From NCBI GenBank assembly GCA_964016885.1, contig OZ024742.1, positions 26,474,001 to 26,538,000 of the forward strand: DNA of 64,000 nucleotides, in the 5' to 3' direction. Position 1 is the stretch's first letter, and each line of letters opens with the position of its first letter. The translations under genes were made by a program, and so were the position numbers. Origin of the DNA: Eledone cirrhosa (Eukaryota). The notes under the pieces are model-generated. The model had not been told where the DNA came from. It did not search any database and worked only from the letters and a program-made list of their open reading frames with translations. Positions 1 through 14,852 of the stretch are shown here, piece after piece.

Positions 1-638
1 TTTCTTAAGTTAACAGAAGGAAATGGGGATAGTGGTGGTAGCAATGAAGGAGTGGTGGCGGCAGTGATGGGATAGTGGTAGCAATGATGGATGGAGTGGT
101 GGCGGCTGTGGCGTTGTCGTTACTGAGTTATGTAGTTTGTTTGATCTGTAGTATCTATGCGTTTGTGTCGCGTATGTTTAATATATGTGTTGACATATTC
201 CTTAAATATTGGAATTAAACATTTTGTTAAAACTTGAGACAATAATAATAGTAATTATTATTATGATGCTAGGATTGTTGTTGGTGGTGGTGGTGGTGGT
301 GACATTGACGTTATCGGGTGATTGCCGTTATCTGGTGAAATTGCCGTGATTTAGTGTACACAGCGGGGTGATGGGGTAGGTCGAGTATCTAGATTCTGGT
401 GTTGGTGAAATTGCTGTTATTTGGCTGTTCTATATAGTGTAGACAGAGGGGGTTTTCTTCCATTTATAACCATTTTCTTTTTTGAATATAAAATATATAA
501 TACAAAATTGGATATTTGAGCGATATAACAATATATTATGGATCCGAATTTTTATAAGACTTGATTCGGTGATTTATGCATCATTTGTACTAAGAATTGT
601 TATTTCACAATTGATTTAAATATGCTAAAAATCAAAAA

Positions 639-664
639 TATTATTATTATTATTATTATTATTA
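639..664. repeat. (TTA)n tract: 3' tail/target of the R4/Dong element
   Basis: Direct sequence. Confidence 0.9.
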
Positions 665-3075
665 CTCTTTGAGTCTCAGTCATTGATGTTAGTTAACTGG
701 AAAGTTTGTTAAAAGGAATATCATGCCACTACCCGCAGCCTCAGATATTCAGGACGTATCGGAGGGTTCTTGCTGTTCCCAGCAAGCATGCCTTTTGAAG
801 TGTTCCAAAAAGCGTGAAGGGGCCAATTTTCTTTAACCATCCCTGGAAACTTTTTGAGATAGTCCCTAGTGGGCATATGACAATCGGGATCACTTTGACT
901 TCATGGCAGTTCCAAATCCGTTTTACCTCCCACTTTAAGTCCTGGTATCGGTTAATTTTCTCCCTCTCCTTCTCTAGCACTCTCGTGTGGAATGGGCAGG
1001 CCACATCCACAATCAGGCACGATCTTTTTTCTTTGTCCACAACCACCAGGTCAGGTCTATTGTGTTCCAGTTTCTTGTCCGTCTGCATCCTAAAATCCCA
1101 CAGCACCTTCACCTGATCGTTTTCTATCACCAACTCTGGCTTATGCTCATACCACTTCTCAGAATGTGGTAAATTGTTTACTTTGCATAGTAGCCAGTGG
1201 ATCACCCTGCCCATCAAATCAAGTCTCCAGCCTTTATAGTGAGTCTGGGCTAGGTCTTTACACTCGGATACAATGTGAGCCACAGTCACCTCTCTCTCTC
1301 CACAGATCCTGCACAGTGGGCTAGCCTCCTCCTTGTAAATATGGTGTTTCAAAAACTTCGTTTTGAGGGCCTGCTCGTGCGCAGCCATTAACATTCCTTC
1401 TGTAGCCTTTTTAAGGTCTCCTCTTTTCAACCAGTTCCATGTCTGTGGATCTCTAAATTCAGTTTTCTCAAAGAAGGTACTATGAAGGGATTTTTGCTGA
1501 AGGCTGCTCTTTCTCCTTGATGTTATATCCTCCTTGGACATCCCCTGGCCTATTGTCCTCTCCTTCAGTACAGTTCTGAGCATTGGCTCCTTACTATCAG
1601 TCACGTATTTGTGTAGGTTGTTTGTCTCCATCTGAACACAGTCCTCTATGCTGATAAGACCTCTTTCACCTTCAGATCTCCTTAAGTAGAGTCTATCGAC
1701 ATCGCTCCTCTTGTGGAACATGTTGTAGATAGTCAATAGCTTCCTAGTCTTCCTATCCATTTCTTTTTGTTCAGCAACATTCCATCTCAGAATTCCCGCA
1801 CTGTACCTAATAATAGACACAGCTCGGGAATTTACTGCACTTATGGCATTCCTACTGTTCAGATGTGACTTTAATACGCTCCTTACTCTCCGAATGTATT
1901 CAGTTCTTATCAATTCCTTCATTTTTTCTTCTTGATGTCATCAGCCTCCAGAACACCCAAATACTTGTATCCTTCTTCAGAGTCAATTTCCTTTATCATC
2001 TCACCTGTTGGTACCTGGATTCCGTTGCTTCTGCTCAATTTACCCCTCTTCATCACAAGGACTCCACACTTACTAATACCAAATTGCATACATATATCAT
2101 TGCTGAAAATACGGACAGTGTCAACAAGCACATCCAACTCCTTCTCACTCTTCCCGAAGAGCTTAAGATCGTCCATGAAGAGGAGGTGATTGATGGTAAG
2201 CGCTCCCTTTCCCAACCTGTATCCTGCTCTCACTTTTCGCAGTACACTGGTCAGGGGCATCAGGGCAAGGACAAACAACAGAGGGGACAGACTATCTGCA
2301 TGGAAGATACCTCTCTTGATCTTCACGCTTCCCAAGGATTCTCCAGTTGATGTTAACTCTGTTTCCCAGGACTTCATACTTTTGCCCAACAACTGTCTGA
2401 TGTTATCTGCCACCTTGAAGATCTCCAGGCTTTTGGTGATCCAAGAATGAGGCACCATGTCAAATGCCTTTTTGTAGTCTATCCATCCCATGGCAAGACC
2501 AGTGTGTCTCCTCTTGCAATTCCTCATTACCATCTTATCAATAAGTAACTGGTCCTTTGTACCACGTGACTTCTTTCGGCATCCTTTCTGTTCGTCCGGT
2601 AACAAGTTGTTTGTGTGGAGGTGATGGTAGATTTCCTCAGACATAATGCTTGTCAACAGTTTCCACATTACGGACACACATGTGATAGGTCTATAGTTGG
2701 TAACATCATTACCCTTGATTGGGTCTTTCATTATCAGAACTGTGGTACCTTTTGTCAACCACTCTTGTACCTCACCTGACATCAAGCAGTCATTGAACAT
2801 GGTTGTCAGTTTCGGGTGGAGGGATGTTATATTTTTAATCCAATACCCCTGCACACCATCTGGGCCTGGTGATTTCCAGTTGGTTAGTTTTTTGGCCTGC
2901 CCCTTAAGAGTTTCAACTGTGATACTCAAATCAGTTTGTTGGTGTGCCTGTTCACTAATCTCCTTCTGTACTGTCTCAATCCACACTGCCTGGTCATTAT
3001 GTTTAACATCCTGCTCCCATATTCCTCTCCAGAATGTTTTAGTTTGTTCCGCCTCAGGGATCAAGTCGTTGCCTC
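665..3075 (-). mobile_element. 5'-truncated R4/Dong-clade non-LTR retrotransposon (RT + CCHC + restriction-like endonuclease)
   Basis: RT motifs (KSPGPDG, YRPITC, WIDYKKAFDMVPH, HLLFMDDLKL, YKYLG) in ORF 1919-3157. CRIC..ETVAHIVSEC-like zinc knuckle and RPDLVVVD..IVDVACP REL motif in ORF 741-1922. Short 3' UTR; (TAA)n on both sides. Confidence 0.92.
741..3075 (-). pseudogene. R4/Dong RT-REL polyprotein, 5'-truncated, one frameshift at the T-run ~1922-1930
   Basis: Two abutting ORFs (412 aa and 393 aa) join into the canonical single ORF. The poly-Ile N-terminus of the 412-aa ORF is translated microsatellite. Confidence 0.88.

Positions 3076-3119
<44 letters not shown>
3076..3119. repeat. (TTA)n tract between the R4/Dong element and Tx1 element 1
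   Basis: Direct sequence. Confidence 0.95.
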
Positions 3120-3330
3120 GGCGACCTACGTAGTAAATCGTATAATCGTGAGCTCATAAAGGTTTGTTATTTTCAGTTGTTCAAAATTGCCATTCATGGA
3201 AAATTTTATTGTTAACTGTATATAAGCTCACATACATTGTTATCTGAAAAGGACGCCCAAAAAGATTGGTCCTTGAGCCCAAAATTTAAACTTTTATAAT
3301 TCTCAAACAAACATTTTTCTTTGAAACATC

Positions 3331-5255
3331 ATGGCTGACTCAGAGTCACTCCTTTTTCACAAACTAACACCTCACACCAACACCACCATTGTAAATATTA
3401 CTACGTTTGCCAACACTAAAAATATAAACAGTAGCAATATTTTAAATTTGTCTCAGACAGACATTCATTTCCCGCCATTACCAATGACTGCAGGTGTTAA
3501 AGCCGCCGTCCCCACCACCACCACCACCACCACAGCGACAACAGAAACAATAGAAAAAAATAAATTAGCAAATGATATCGAAATAAATTCAACCAAAATG
3601 AACTCTTCCACACCGAACACCACTGACTCCACCACCACCACCACAACTGTAACTAAAATAAATAATAACAAAAATAACGATAACAACAACAGCAACAATG
3701 ACATTAAGAAAACCACCCTGAGTTTTGCCAAAGTAGCAAAACAGTGCGAAGCATTTCAGGTAGCTCAGGAGGAATTAGAAGAAGCCAAAAAATGGTAAAG
3801 AAAGATGGGTACATGGTCAGCCCCCCCCCCCCCCCCCCCACACACACACACCTAATAAAATGGAGCATCGGCACCGTGTCTTATCGAACAATTAATATAA
3901 CATCGCGTCGAGTGGAACGGGCATCCGAGTCCCAAATCCAAAAAGCTTTGGGACATGTGTGGGTTAAAAAAAACACACCAGAAGTGGGCAGAAGTATGGA
4001 ACTGTGGACGTGTTCTTTGAAACACCACAGGTGGCTAGAGAACACTCCATGGCCCCATTAAGAAGTGACGACTTCACACTCGTCCCAAGCTATTGTGGCC
4101 ATAGACACGTTCCACCGGCCATCGAAATTCCCTGGCTAATAGCTGCCGTCCTCGCCGGCATCGAAGCCAACACCAAGATAATCGAAATAGCGAAAGAAAA
4201 GCAGTAGAACTGGTCCGGATCTGGGATGGAGCTCCTGATCCAAGCAGACCAAAAAGGCATTGAGCAGATACCAGAGGTAATAGACCTCACTGACGGCAGC
4301 CACCTCACCGTAATTGTCGAGGGCAGAATGCCTAGGTGTGTCGTTTGCGGTGAAGGAACCCACCTAAGGGCTTTCTGCCTTCAGGCTAAACGGTTGAGGC
4401 CACCTCTCCTACCCACCCCAGTGACTCAACCATCAGCACCACCAGCAGCAGAGATGGCAGCAAAAGTTGTAGCAGTAACAACAGAAGCAACTGTAATAGC
4501 AACAACCCCAGCAACAGTAGCAAAACCAACACCACCAACACCCAACGCGCCAGAACTAGCACCAGCGCCTACACCATCCACCACGCCACAACCAAAACTA
4601 ACGCATGTGGAGGATTTTCCACTCCCCGGCCTATCACAACTGGAGACAGATTGTGACGACGAGGAGTGGGAAACGGTATCAGAAAAAAAGAAAAAAAGAA
4701 ATCAAAAAAGAAAAACATTCTCTTCCTTCCCCACCAAAAAGAAAATACAGAGGGAAACAAATAAACTATCAAACAAAAAAGTTAGGACAGATATCCCACC
4801 ATCCACACCAGCATCACCAACCTCATCACCCCAAACACCAACACCATCACCATCATTAACCCCTAACACCACAATCACCTACACCACAAAAGTCACCAAA
4901 AAGCGAAACAGAAACAAACCCACAACAAACACAAACAAAACAAAACAACCAAAACGAGACACACTCCACAACATTAAATTTGAACAACAACCAATTATTA
5001 CACTACATCCAAAACAACACCAGCATCACAGAAAAAGACTACACAACAACCCAAATGTTCACACCACCTCCACATATACAAATCACTCGCATCACACAGA
5101 AAACATACATGACACTAAAACAAAAATTCGCCAAAGACATCGGAGACTTCCGACATGCACTCTCCAGGAGGGTTTATAAGGACATCCTTCCTGAGAAGGC
5201 CACAAGCAGTGAAAAGGATGGAGAAACCGTCCTTCCTCTACGAGAAGTAAGGTAA
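3331..5255 (+). pseudogene. Tx1 ORF1 (gag-like, zinc knuckle), frameshifted
   Basis: Overlapping ORFs 3331-3798, 3744-4061, 4004-4207, 4226-5179 and 4980-5255. Thr/Asn-rich N-terminus, LSFAKVA motif, CVVCGEGTHLRAFC knuckle, Pro/Thr-rich and basic regions. Confidence 0.75.
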
Positions 5256-5289
5256 GTGGTCTTTCCCATCTTTTCCACTCCATTTCAAC

Positions 5290-8200
5290 ATGACCTCACT
5301 CAGAATAGGCAGCATAAATGCGCGTGACTTGGGGTCGTCATGGAAGCAGGGCCACCTGCTCAACGACCTCAGGTCACTAAACATAGATGTAGTGGCCATC
5401 AGCGAGACCAGAATCTCTGAAGCACGGGCCTTCGCACCAATCTTCGGCAGGCTACGATGTGTACGAATCTCCCAGCCGTCCGGGATCGGGGGTGTAGGAG
5501 TTGCTGTGCTTTTTCGGAGAGTTTTGGGTCGCGCCATACGGGCCATCTTCCTGGACACAGAAGGTAAGTTGGTGGTGCTGGACGTAAACCAGCGGAGACG
5601 GGAAAGCTTTGAGGCTAGTGGCCGTCTATGCCTCTACAGGAGCAGTGCGGCCTGATTTCCTCCGGCGTCTGGAGACCTTTCTTGGAACGTCCCGCTCTTT
5701 AGTGTTAGTGGGCGACTGGAACGGGATCTTAGATGCACGCTGGGACTGTGTGGGATTAGCGGATGGAGAGGAGGGTGCAAGTGTCTCACCAACCTGCTCA
5801 GGCGTTTTGAACAGTCTGATAGGTACCGATTTGATTTCCCGAATGTGCCAATGTGGACTTGGACAAATCGTATAGGGTCATCCAGATCATATCTAGATAG
5901 AGTATTTTGTAGGGAAATAGATAGGTCTAGCACAGGCCGTCCACAATTCAAGATAGTCGGCTACACGGACCACAAATTCGTGATCTGTGTGCTTGACTTA
6001 GATAGGCTTCATAGACGAGGACCCGCCTACTGGAAGCTAAACGCGTCCTTACCAGCGCGCAAGGCTTACAGAGACCAGATTAGCGAACTAGTTAAGCGGG
6101 CGTTGACGGGGGCCATCGTCAACAACAAGTGGTGGTTTGCTCTGAAAAGAGCAATTAGAATAGAGTCCATTAGGTTTAGTACGGCTTTAATAATAAAGAA
6201 AAATAAAGCAGAGGGAGAATTAGTTAGAAAATTAGACGAGGCGCTTAGCAAAGGCATCGTGACCGACGTACTTGCGGCGAAATTGGCCCTTGACCAATTC
6301 TTCAATGCAAAGCACGAAGGCTGCGTTGTCAGAGCTAGGGTGCGTGCTCTCAGACACGAGGGGAAGAAAGCCGTTCAATGGGCCCGAGTGGCGGAATCGC
6401 GTCGTGTCAACAAAGCACGATCCGGTCTTTGGTGGACCACGACGGGCGCATGCTACACGATCCCGCCAAATGTGTGAAGCTTATCTGCGACACTTCGCAC
6501 TGATGTTCGGGGGCAGAGGCTGGCCGGATCGAGGGATGGATTTTAGTGTCTACATCGACGGACTGCCCCGGCTCTCGGCCACTGAGGCGGGGTGTTGCGA
6601 AAAGCTGATATAGCCGCTGAAGTACGAGAGACAATGACTGGCTGCACAAGGGGTAAATCGCCTGGTTTGGATGGTCTGCCGTATAAACTTTACGTACAGA
6701 TGCCAGACTTGTTCGGAAGCCTCTTGGCGGACGTCTACTGCAACTGGCAACAGAACGGGAGAATTCCCAGCTCTGTGAGCCGAGGAGCTGTGGCGCTGCC
6801 GAGAAAGGATCCGAACGAGGGGGATAACATAGATAATTTCAGGCCCATAACTCTGCTAAACACAGAGTTCAAGATTTTGGCCAAGGTGCTAGCAAAGAGG
6901 TTGGCACTTGTCGTTGGTGGTCTGGTGGGAGAGGCGCAGACGTGCGCCATTTCCGACAGATCCATCCACGACAACCTCCACCTCAGGCGATACATCGTAG
7001 AGAGGGTAGCTATGGAACCTGGCACAGGTGGGTCCTTGATCAATTCAGATCAGTCGAAAGCTTTCGATAGGGTTGACTATCGTTACCTAGCGGTAGTCCT
7101 GAGGGCGGCTGGCTTTGTGGGCCCGTCTTCAGAGGCTGGATCGCTGCCACGCACAGCGAGATCTGCTCTGTAGTGAGAGTGAACGGTCACCTTTCGGAAC
7201 CGTTCAACATCATGCACTCGGTCCGCCAAGGATGTCCCCTCTCATCCCTCTTGTACGTATTGAGCCATTACTTCACAAAGTGGAGACGTTGACGGGTGTC
7301 CCGCGCGAACTAGGATGCGGAAGATCCGTGTCAGCATATGGGGACGATGTCACCGTAGTGGTGTCGAACGCCAAATACATCGAGGCGATCGGCACTACAC
7401 TAAGATAATACGAAGCGGTGATAGGAGCAATGATCAACCAGGAAAAGTCAGTGGGCCTGCAGCTCGGCACCTGGAGAGGCAGGTCCATGCCGTCCAACAG
7501 CGAAGTCGGGCGCTGGATGACGGAGCGGTAAATTGCTAGGGGTCTGGTTCGGTCCGGACCTCCAGACAGACAAAAACTGGGACGAGGTGACGAGCAGGGT
7601 GGCTTCTCTCACCCAGAAATGGGCTGAGAGGAAGCTATCCTTGAAAGGTCGAACGGAGGTGGCTAACGCGTACATCGCGTCCGTCATCCACTACCGCCTG
7701 ACCGTCGTAACTTGTCCTAAGCCCCGCCTGACTGCGCTGGAGCGTTTGATCTTTCGCTTTTTGTGGAAGGGACGCGCTCCGATGGTCAGGCGGTCCATCT
7801 GCTGTCAACACACGCTACGTGGAGGGCTGGGCATGTCGTGGCTGATGATCCGCAGACACGCGCTCAGGCTACGACATCTCCACCTCTTCCTCGACGGTGA
7901 TCAGGTGTGGTCGCCGTTTGCTAGACATGTCTTTCCCCAGCTCGTCTCCTTGACGGAGCTGCAGTCCTGGGTGAAGCGAAGACCGAGATGGAGCGCTTGG
8001 AGACTGGAATGTCTTCAGGTGCTCACATCCCTCGACCAATCGAGCAATGTGATCGGTGGAAACTCCACCTTGGCGTTCTATAGAGGATTAGTGGAGGGGA
8101 AGAGCGACGACATACTTGGAGAAACTCTAGGCGTCGACGAAAATCAACTAGCCAATCTCTTCGGAAGGACTTTCGGGCCGAGGTCTATGGACAACTTCCA

Positions 8201-8700
8201 GAAATCCCTGGCTTAACAGTCTACGGAAGAGCTTTGCCAGTTCGGGATAAACTCTAAAGGCATGGAGGTGCCGTCAGCCGGGAATGTCCGTGATGCGCGC
8301 AGGGCGACGAAACTGTCCTGCACGGACTCGTTCAGTATCCGAGCATTGCTGACTTGTGGGTTTATTTCGAACACCTGCTGTTACGTGTAGGACGGATCCG
8401 GCTATCAGCTGAGTCCATCGTGAGGATTGTCCCGCCCTCTTCCTTTAGCCGGGAAGGGCATCAGTTTTTATCTGTCAGGTGGCCATGGCGGAAGAGATAG
8501 TATGGTGGACACGTTTGAAAGGGCTGAAGACGAGCACTTACCTCTTCGGTGATGCCCTGATTAATTTTTTCAAATTTCATTTGAAAAAGGAAATCAGGGT
8601 AAAGAGGGAAGTGCTTTCTTCCCAGCATTTTGTTGAAAAATGGGTGAGAGAAGCAAGTATGGCCCGAGTGAATGGGCCTACTCTGAGTATGTGTCTGTAA
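5290..8700 (+). pseudogene. Tx1 ORF2 (APE endonuclease + reverse transcriptase), multiple frameshifts/stops
   Basis: APE: IGSINARDL, AISETR, VGDWNG, YLDRVF, TDHK, YWKLN. RT: KSPGLDGLP, FRPITLLNTEFKILAK, DQSKAFDRVD, RQGCPLS, AYGDDV, LGVWFG. Confidence 0.9.
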
Positions 8701-8947
8701 ATTAAATGTAGAAAACTGGGAGAGGGCTCTTGCCCTGGTGGTCAGGGTCACTGTGGCCTTTTAATGGGCTTTCTCCACAAATGTCGCTCCGAAGATCCCC
8801 CCCCTATTGGGGAATTTTTCATTGTTATTTTTTATTACATCCTCTGTTTTGTTTACACGCAAAAATGCCCATTTGTACCGTCCTGTATTGTCCTGCACTG
8901 TCATTAATGTCTAATTTATGTAAACCCTTGTGGTTAATAAAGAAAGC

Positions 8948-8965
8948 ATTATTATTATTATTATT
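8948..8965. repeat. (ATT)6 spacer between the two Tx1 elements
   Basis: Direct sequence. Confidence 0.9.
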
Positions 8966-11697
8966 GGTCTAAGCGGTCGTATTTTGCTCGCTCACAGTAA
9001 GTCGCTTTATTTGCCTGTTTAAATTATTTGTTGTTAAATATTTCTTGTTGTGTAAGGGATATAAGCCCTTAGACTTTGCCCGTGAACGGGAAAGTATAAT
9101 ATTTGGGCCTTTTGACCCAAATATTTGAACTTTTTTTACATGTTAAAAAATTTACGAAAAAAAAAAACATGGCTGTGCCACGCATCCTGAGGATATGTCG
9201 GCTGTCGTGCGACAACAACGTGGAAGTTGAGAGGAGCGCTACAGCGAAATTAACACGCATTGATAACACATACACCACCACAAACAAGGTAAACAAAGAC
9301 ACCAATAATACCAATAAGAATTCTAAATTGAAAAAAAATGACAGTAACAGCGACAACGAAAATACAGATAACAAACAAAAAAATAACAAATACAACAATA
9401 TCAACACCACTAACATGAAAACAAATAGCGACAACACCAACAGCAACAATACGAACTGCACCAAAAACAACGGTGGCAGCAAAGACAACAATGATAACAG
9501 CGACAGTGCTAACAACAACACCAACATGAACAACGTCAACAACACTCCCAACAAAAACAGACCACTTTCGCTGCGGCAACAGCAAAAAAGAGGCCATGCT
9601 TCAACATGGACCTCTCAAACAAAGATGAAAAGTTGGCCCAGGCATGGAAGCTCATCAAGCAAGAGCAAACCTGGGCCAACTTAACTGTCCCGGTAGAAGC
9701 TATTGGGGCAGTGGAGCGCAGAACGGTGCATTATAGATGCATCTCAGCACAAACCAAAAGGGCAACTTTAATCCCACAAGCAGATGTCGAAGTCGCGCTG
9801 AGGTGCATCAGAGAAGACACCGAATATATAGAGAGGGGCAGACAGTACGGCACCATTTCGGTGCTGTTCAAGTCAGAAGCCCTCGCTATGAAACACGCTA
9901 TGACTCCTTGCAAAACCAGCAAGGTAATAATGTACCCCTCCCACATGGAACGGCCCGTCTCCGCATTCCCAGAATCCCACCAGGACTTGACATGTGGTGG
10001 CTTCTGGGATGTGTGATTGTGGAGGGGACGGATACAGTCCCTATAGAAGTGACCAGAACGGCCAGAGAGGACTGGTCCTGGGTTGACCTTAATATCCTTC
10101 TCCAGATCAGGCCCGAGAATGTGAAGACGCTCCCAGACCACATCCGCCTTCAGAATGGGACTGTCATTCACATTCTGAAGGCGGATGTGGTCTGGGATTG
10201 TCTTCACACTCTCGGGCCTGATCTGGAGAAGGCAAAAGGCCGCAGTGTTTTGTTTGTGGGGAAAAAACTCCAGGTGGATAAGAATTGGGACGAGGTGACG
10301 GGCAGGGTAGTCAGACTCACCCAGAAATGGGCTGGGATGAAGCTATCACTGAAAGGTCGGGCGGAGGTGGCGAACGCGTACATCGCGTCCGTAATCTACT
10401 ACCGTCTGACTGTGGTCCCTTGCCCCCGTTCGCGCCTCGCCATCTTGGAGCATCCTCTCTTTAAATTCTTGCGGAGGGGTCAGGTTCAGCTGGTGAGGCG
10501 GTCCATCTGCTGCCAGCACCCTCTACGTGGAGGCCTGGGCATGCCGTGGCTAATGATGCGCAGACACGCGCTGAGGCTGCGGCATCTCCAGATATTCTGC
10601 CAAAACGGTGAACAGGTGTGGTCGCCGTTTGTCAGACGGGCCTTTCCGCAGCTCGTTTCTTTGACTGAGTTGCAGTACTGGGTCAAGAAGAGACCGAGAC
10701 TGGGAGACTGGCATCTGGAATGTTGCCAGGCACTCACTGCCCTCTACCAGGTGGGCAATGCGGTCAGTGGAACTTCCACTCTCGAGTTCTATAGAGGATT
10801 AGTGGTGGGTAAGTGCGACGACGCACTCGGAGAGCTCTGGGATTCAACGAAGTCGAACTAACCAGTCTGTACCGGAGGACTTTCGAGCCGGGGACGATGG
10901 ATAATTTCCAAAAATCCCTCGCTTGGCAGTGCTACCGGGGGGCACTACCGGTTCGAGATAAACTCTACAGGCACGAAGTGCTGTCAGACGGACCTGCCCG
11001 AGATGCGCGCAGAGCGTCGAAACCGTTCTGCACGCACTCGTCCAGTGTCCGTGCATTACTGACTTGTGGAGTTGTGTTGAACAGGTGTTGTCGCGTATAG
11101 AACGGATCCGGCTATCGGCCGAGTCCATAGTGAAAATCGACCCGCCGCCTTCTTTGGGCCAGGAAGGGCAGGCAATTTTCCTCTCTCTGGTGGCAGTAGC
11201 GAAAGAGGTTGTATGGTGGACGAGGTTGAAAGGACTGAAGACAGACACTTTTCTCTTCGGCCAATCCCTCATCAACTTTTTCAAGTTTCACTTGGAAAGG
11301 AGGGTGAGCGTGGAGAGAGAAGTGTCCCCCCCCCTTCCCAGTACATTTGCTGAAAGGTGGGTGAATGTGGCGAGAATGGCCCGAGTGAGTGGGCCTAATC
11401 TGGTCATGCGGCTGTAGGTAGGTAAATTTGAAGAGGAGAGGGGCGCCCTTCCAGGGTGCTCTCGAAGCGTCGGGACGTTCAGGACTGGTGGGGTACGTGA
11501 GCGAACCCTAGTTGCTCATCCGCCACTATTCGGGAATGTTTTCTTGTTGTAATTTTCTTGTTACTTTATTGTTACTTTGTTATTGTTATTTTGTTATTGT
11601 TATTCATATTGTTTACTCAATTTTTCTGTAATCCCCACCGTCCCAGTCTTTTGTATTGTCCCCTATATATCGGCCCTTGTGGCCAATAAATGAAATC
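8966..11697 (+). mobile_element. Internally deleted Tx1/L1-clade element 2 (ORF1 5' part fused to ORF2 C-terminus; APE and RT core missing)
   Basis: Asn/Thr-rich ORF1 start; half knuckle EGKRPQCFVCGEK at ~10228-10266. This joins directly to LQVDKNWDEV..., which is homologous to element 1 ORF2 from ~7560. The 3' end CCCTTGTGG..AATAAA.GAAA.C is shared with element 1 and followed by (ATT)n. Confidence 0.88.
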
Positions 11698-11721
11698 ATT
11701 ATTATTATTATTATATAATAC

Positions 11722-11970
11722 GTAAAGGCGATGGATTAGCAGTATCGGTAGAGGGTCTGGCGCCATGGTTTGCAGCAAAGAGTTACGGCCCTTTGTGGTC
11801 TGAGTTCAAATCCCGCCGAGGTTAACTTTGCCTTTCATCCTTACGGGGTCGATAAAATATAGTATTATAATAGTCAAGTAATAAGGTCGATACAATTGGC
11901 TTTACACCCCACGTCACACACATGTAAACATTCCCCGAAATTTTTATTCTTGTGCCTAAAAAATGGGTCC
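11722..11970 (+). mobile_element. tRNA-derived SINE (octopod-type)
   Basis: B-box-like GAGTTCAAATCC, core ACTTTGCCTTTCATCCTTACGGGGTCGATAA, 3' CTTGTGCC..AAA. Related copies at 23.6 kb and 34.8 kb. Confidence 0.75.
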
Positions 11971-12002
11971 TTATTACTATTGCTCTTATTGCTATCTATA
12001 TT

Positions 12003-12075
12003 GTAGTAGTAGTAGTGGTAGTAGTAGCAGCAGCAGCAGAAGCAGTAGTAGAAGTAGTAGCAACATCAGCAGTAA

Positions 12076-12108
<33 letters not shown>

Positions 12109-12240
12109 CAACAGCAGCAGTAATAGTAGTAGTAGTAGTAGTAGTAGAAGTAGCAGTAGCAGCAGCAGCAGTAGATGTAGCAGCAGCAGCAGCAGCAGCT
12201 GTAGTAGTAGTAGTAGTAGTAGTAGTAGTAATAGCAGTAA
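12003..12240. repeat. Compound (AGT)n/(AGC)n microsatellite
   Basis: Direct sequence. Confidence 0.95.
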
Positions 12241-12580
12241 AATAAACTTGAAAATGTAAAAATGCATATAAAAGTAAGACAACAAAAGACAAAAGACAAT
12301 ATACAATTTTGATCGATTTTTTCTTTGATATTTTTGTTTGAATGTTTCATTATTTAACAAAAAAATAAGTTGTATGCTATTAAAAGCGGGAAATGTATTT
12401 GTTTTTTTCTACTTTTTCAAAGTAGAAACGTGTTTATATAATGAAATATTTAATGTATAAAAATGTGTGTTGTGAAGCAGGCTGGCGTAATAATAGGAAA
12501 CTAGTTGAAATACAGATCAAGAGAAGAAAATAAGTATATATGTATGTATTTAACCATATATACAGACACGTATATATAAT

Positions 12581-13003
<423 letters not shown>

Positions 13004-13212
13004 CTTAAGCATTATAACATGAGAAAAAAAAAATGTTAAGAAATGGTTCAAAATATAAAGTAACTTAAATCAAATCAAATAAAATCAAAGAAAATCTTTC
13101 AGGAACCTAGTTTGAACAACATGAGCAAACACACAGGAAAATCAAAATAAGATCGGAATCTTGGTTCTCTTTGTTACCTTTTCGTATTTATGTTCATTAT
13201 CTATTGGTGTAG

Positions 13213-13501
<289 letters not shown>

Positions 13502-13791
13502 ATTTCTGGAAACTAGAAAATGAATTTCATGCATGAAGTGAAAAATATTGGAATTGTGTTCAGTCGAGTGGAAAAATATCGCATTGATATATAAGGAATT
13601 TCCTCGAATATTCTACTTTGTACTTTATTTTTGTATATATTTGTTTTTCATATTGTAACTTTTATTTTATTTTTTGCTTTAGTTAGACGTTCTGTCATTT
13701 TTTTTGTTCGACTTAGGCTTAAGTTCAAAGTTTCATCGCTCAATCAATGTAGTTTAATATTTAGTAAATCTAATTCGCTATTCGATTAATA

Positions 13792-14538
<747 letters not shown>

Positions 14539-14852
14539 AAGCATATGTGCTTATTACACACCGTGTGAGATAGGAAATTGAATTAGTATTATAAGATTTT
14601 GCCGTATTTTTATCCATATAGAATATTTTAATACAGGATATATAAAACCCCTAAACGGAAGAAAGTTGGGCATCAGCGCACATGAAGGGTGTAACACTTC
14701 TTTTTGCCTCAAAAAGGGCGATGAAGCCCTTCATTTTCAGTTCAGTGGACTGAAATACCCGATACTGGATTGTTAGGTTATTTCAAAGAATAAGGCTAAA
14801 TATTCTAATTCTAATTAAATTTCATAAATATATTATGTATATATATATATAT

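Larger units (their letters stand above)
3120..8947 (+). mobile_element. Near full-length Tx1/L1-clade non-LTR retrotransposon (decayed), element 1
   Basis: ORF1 remnants with CCHC knuckle; ORF2 with APE, RT and C-terminal Cys/His region; AATAAA at 8936-8941 followed by (ATT)n; begins immediately after (TTA)n. Confidence 0.9.

Noticed and set aside
1-638. Possible 5' end of another Tx1-like ORF1 on the minus strand (Thr/Asn-rich composition)
   Set aside because: Only compositional similarity; frames are broken and the region runs off the window.
814-3215. Plus-strand ORFs overlapping the R4/Dong element (and antisense ORFs in Tx1/PLE)
   Set aside because: Antisense shadow frames of the retroelement ORFs.
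11722-11830. tRNA gene
   Set aside because: Only a B-box-like head of a multi-copy SINE; no cloverleaf.
14560-14830. Possible hammerhead/pLTR between TA tracts (CGATGAAGCCC..GAAATACC)
   Set aside because: Could not build consistent stems I-III around a core.
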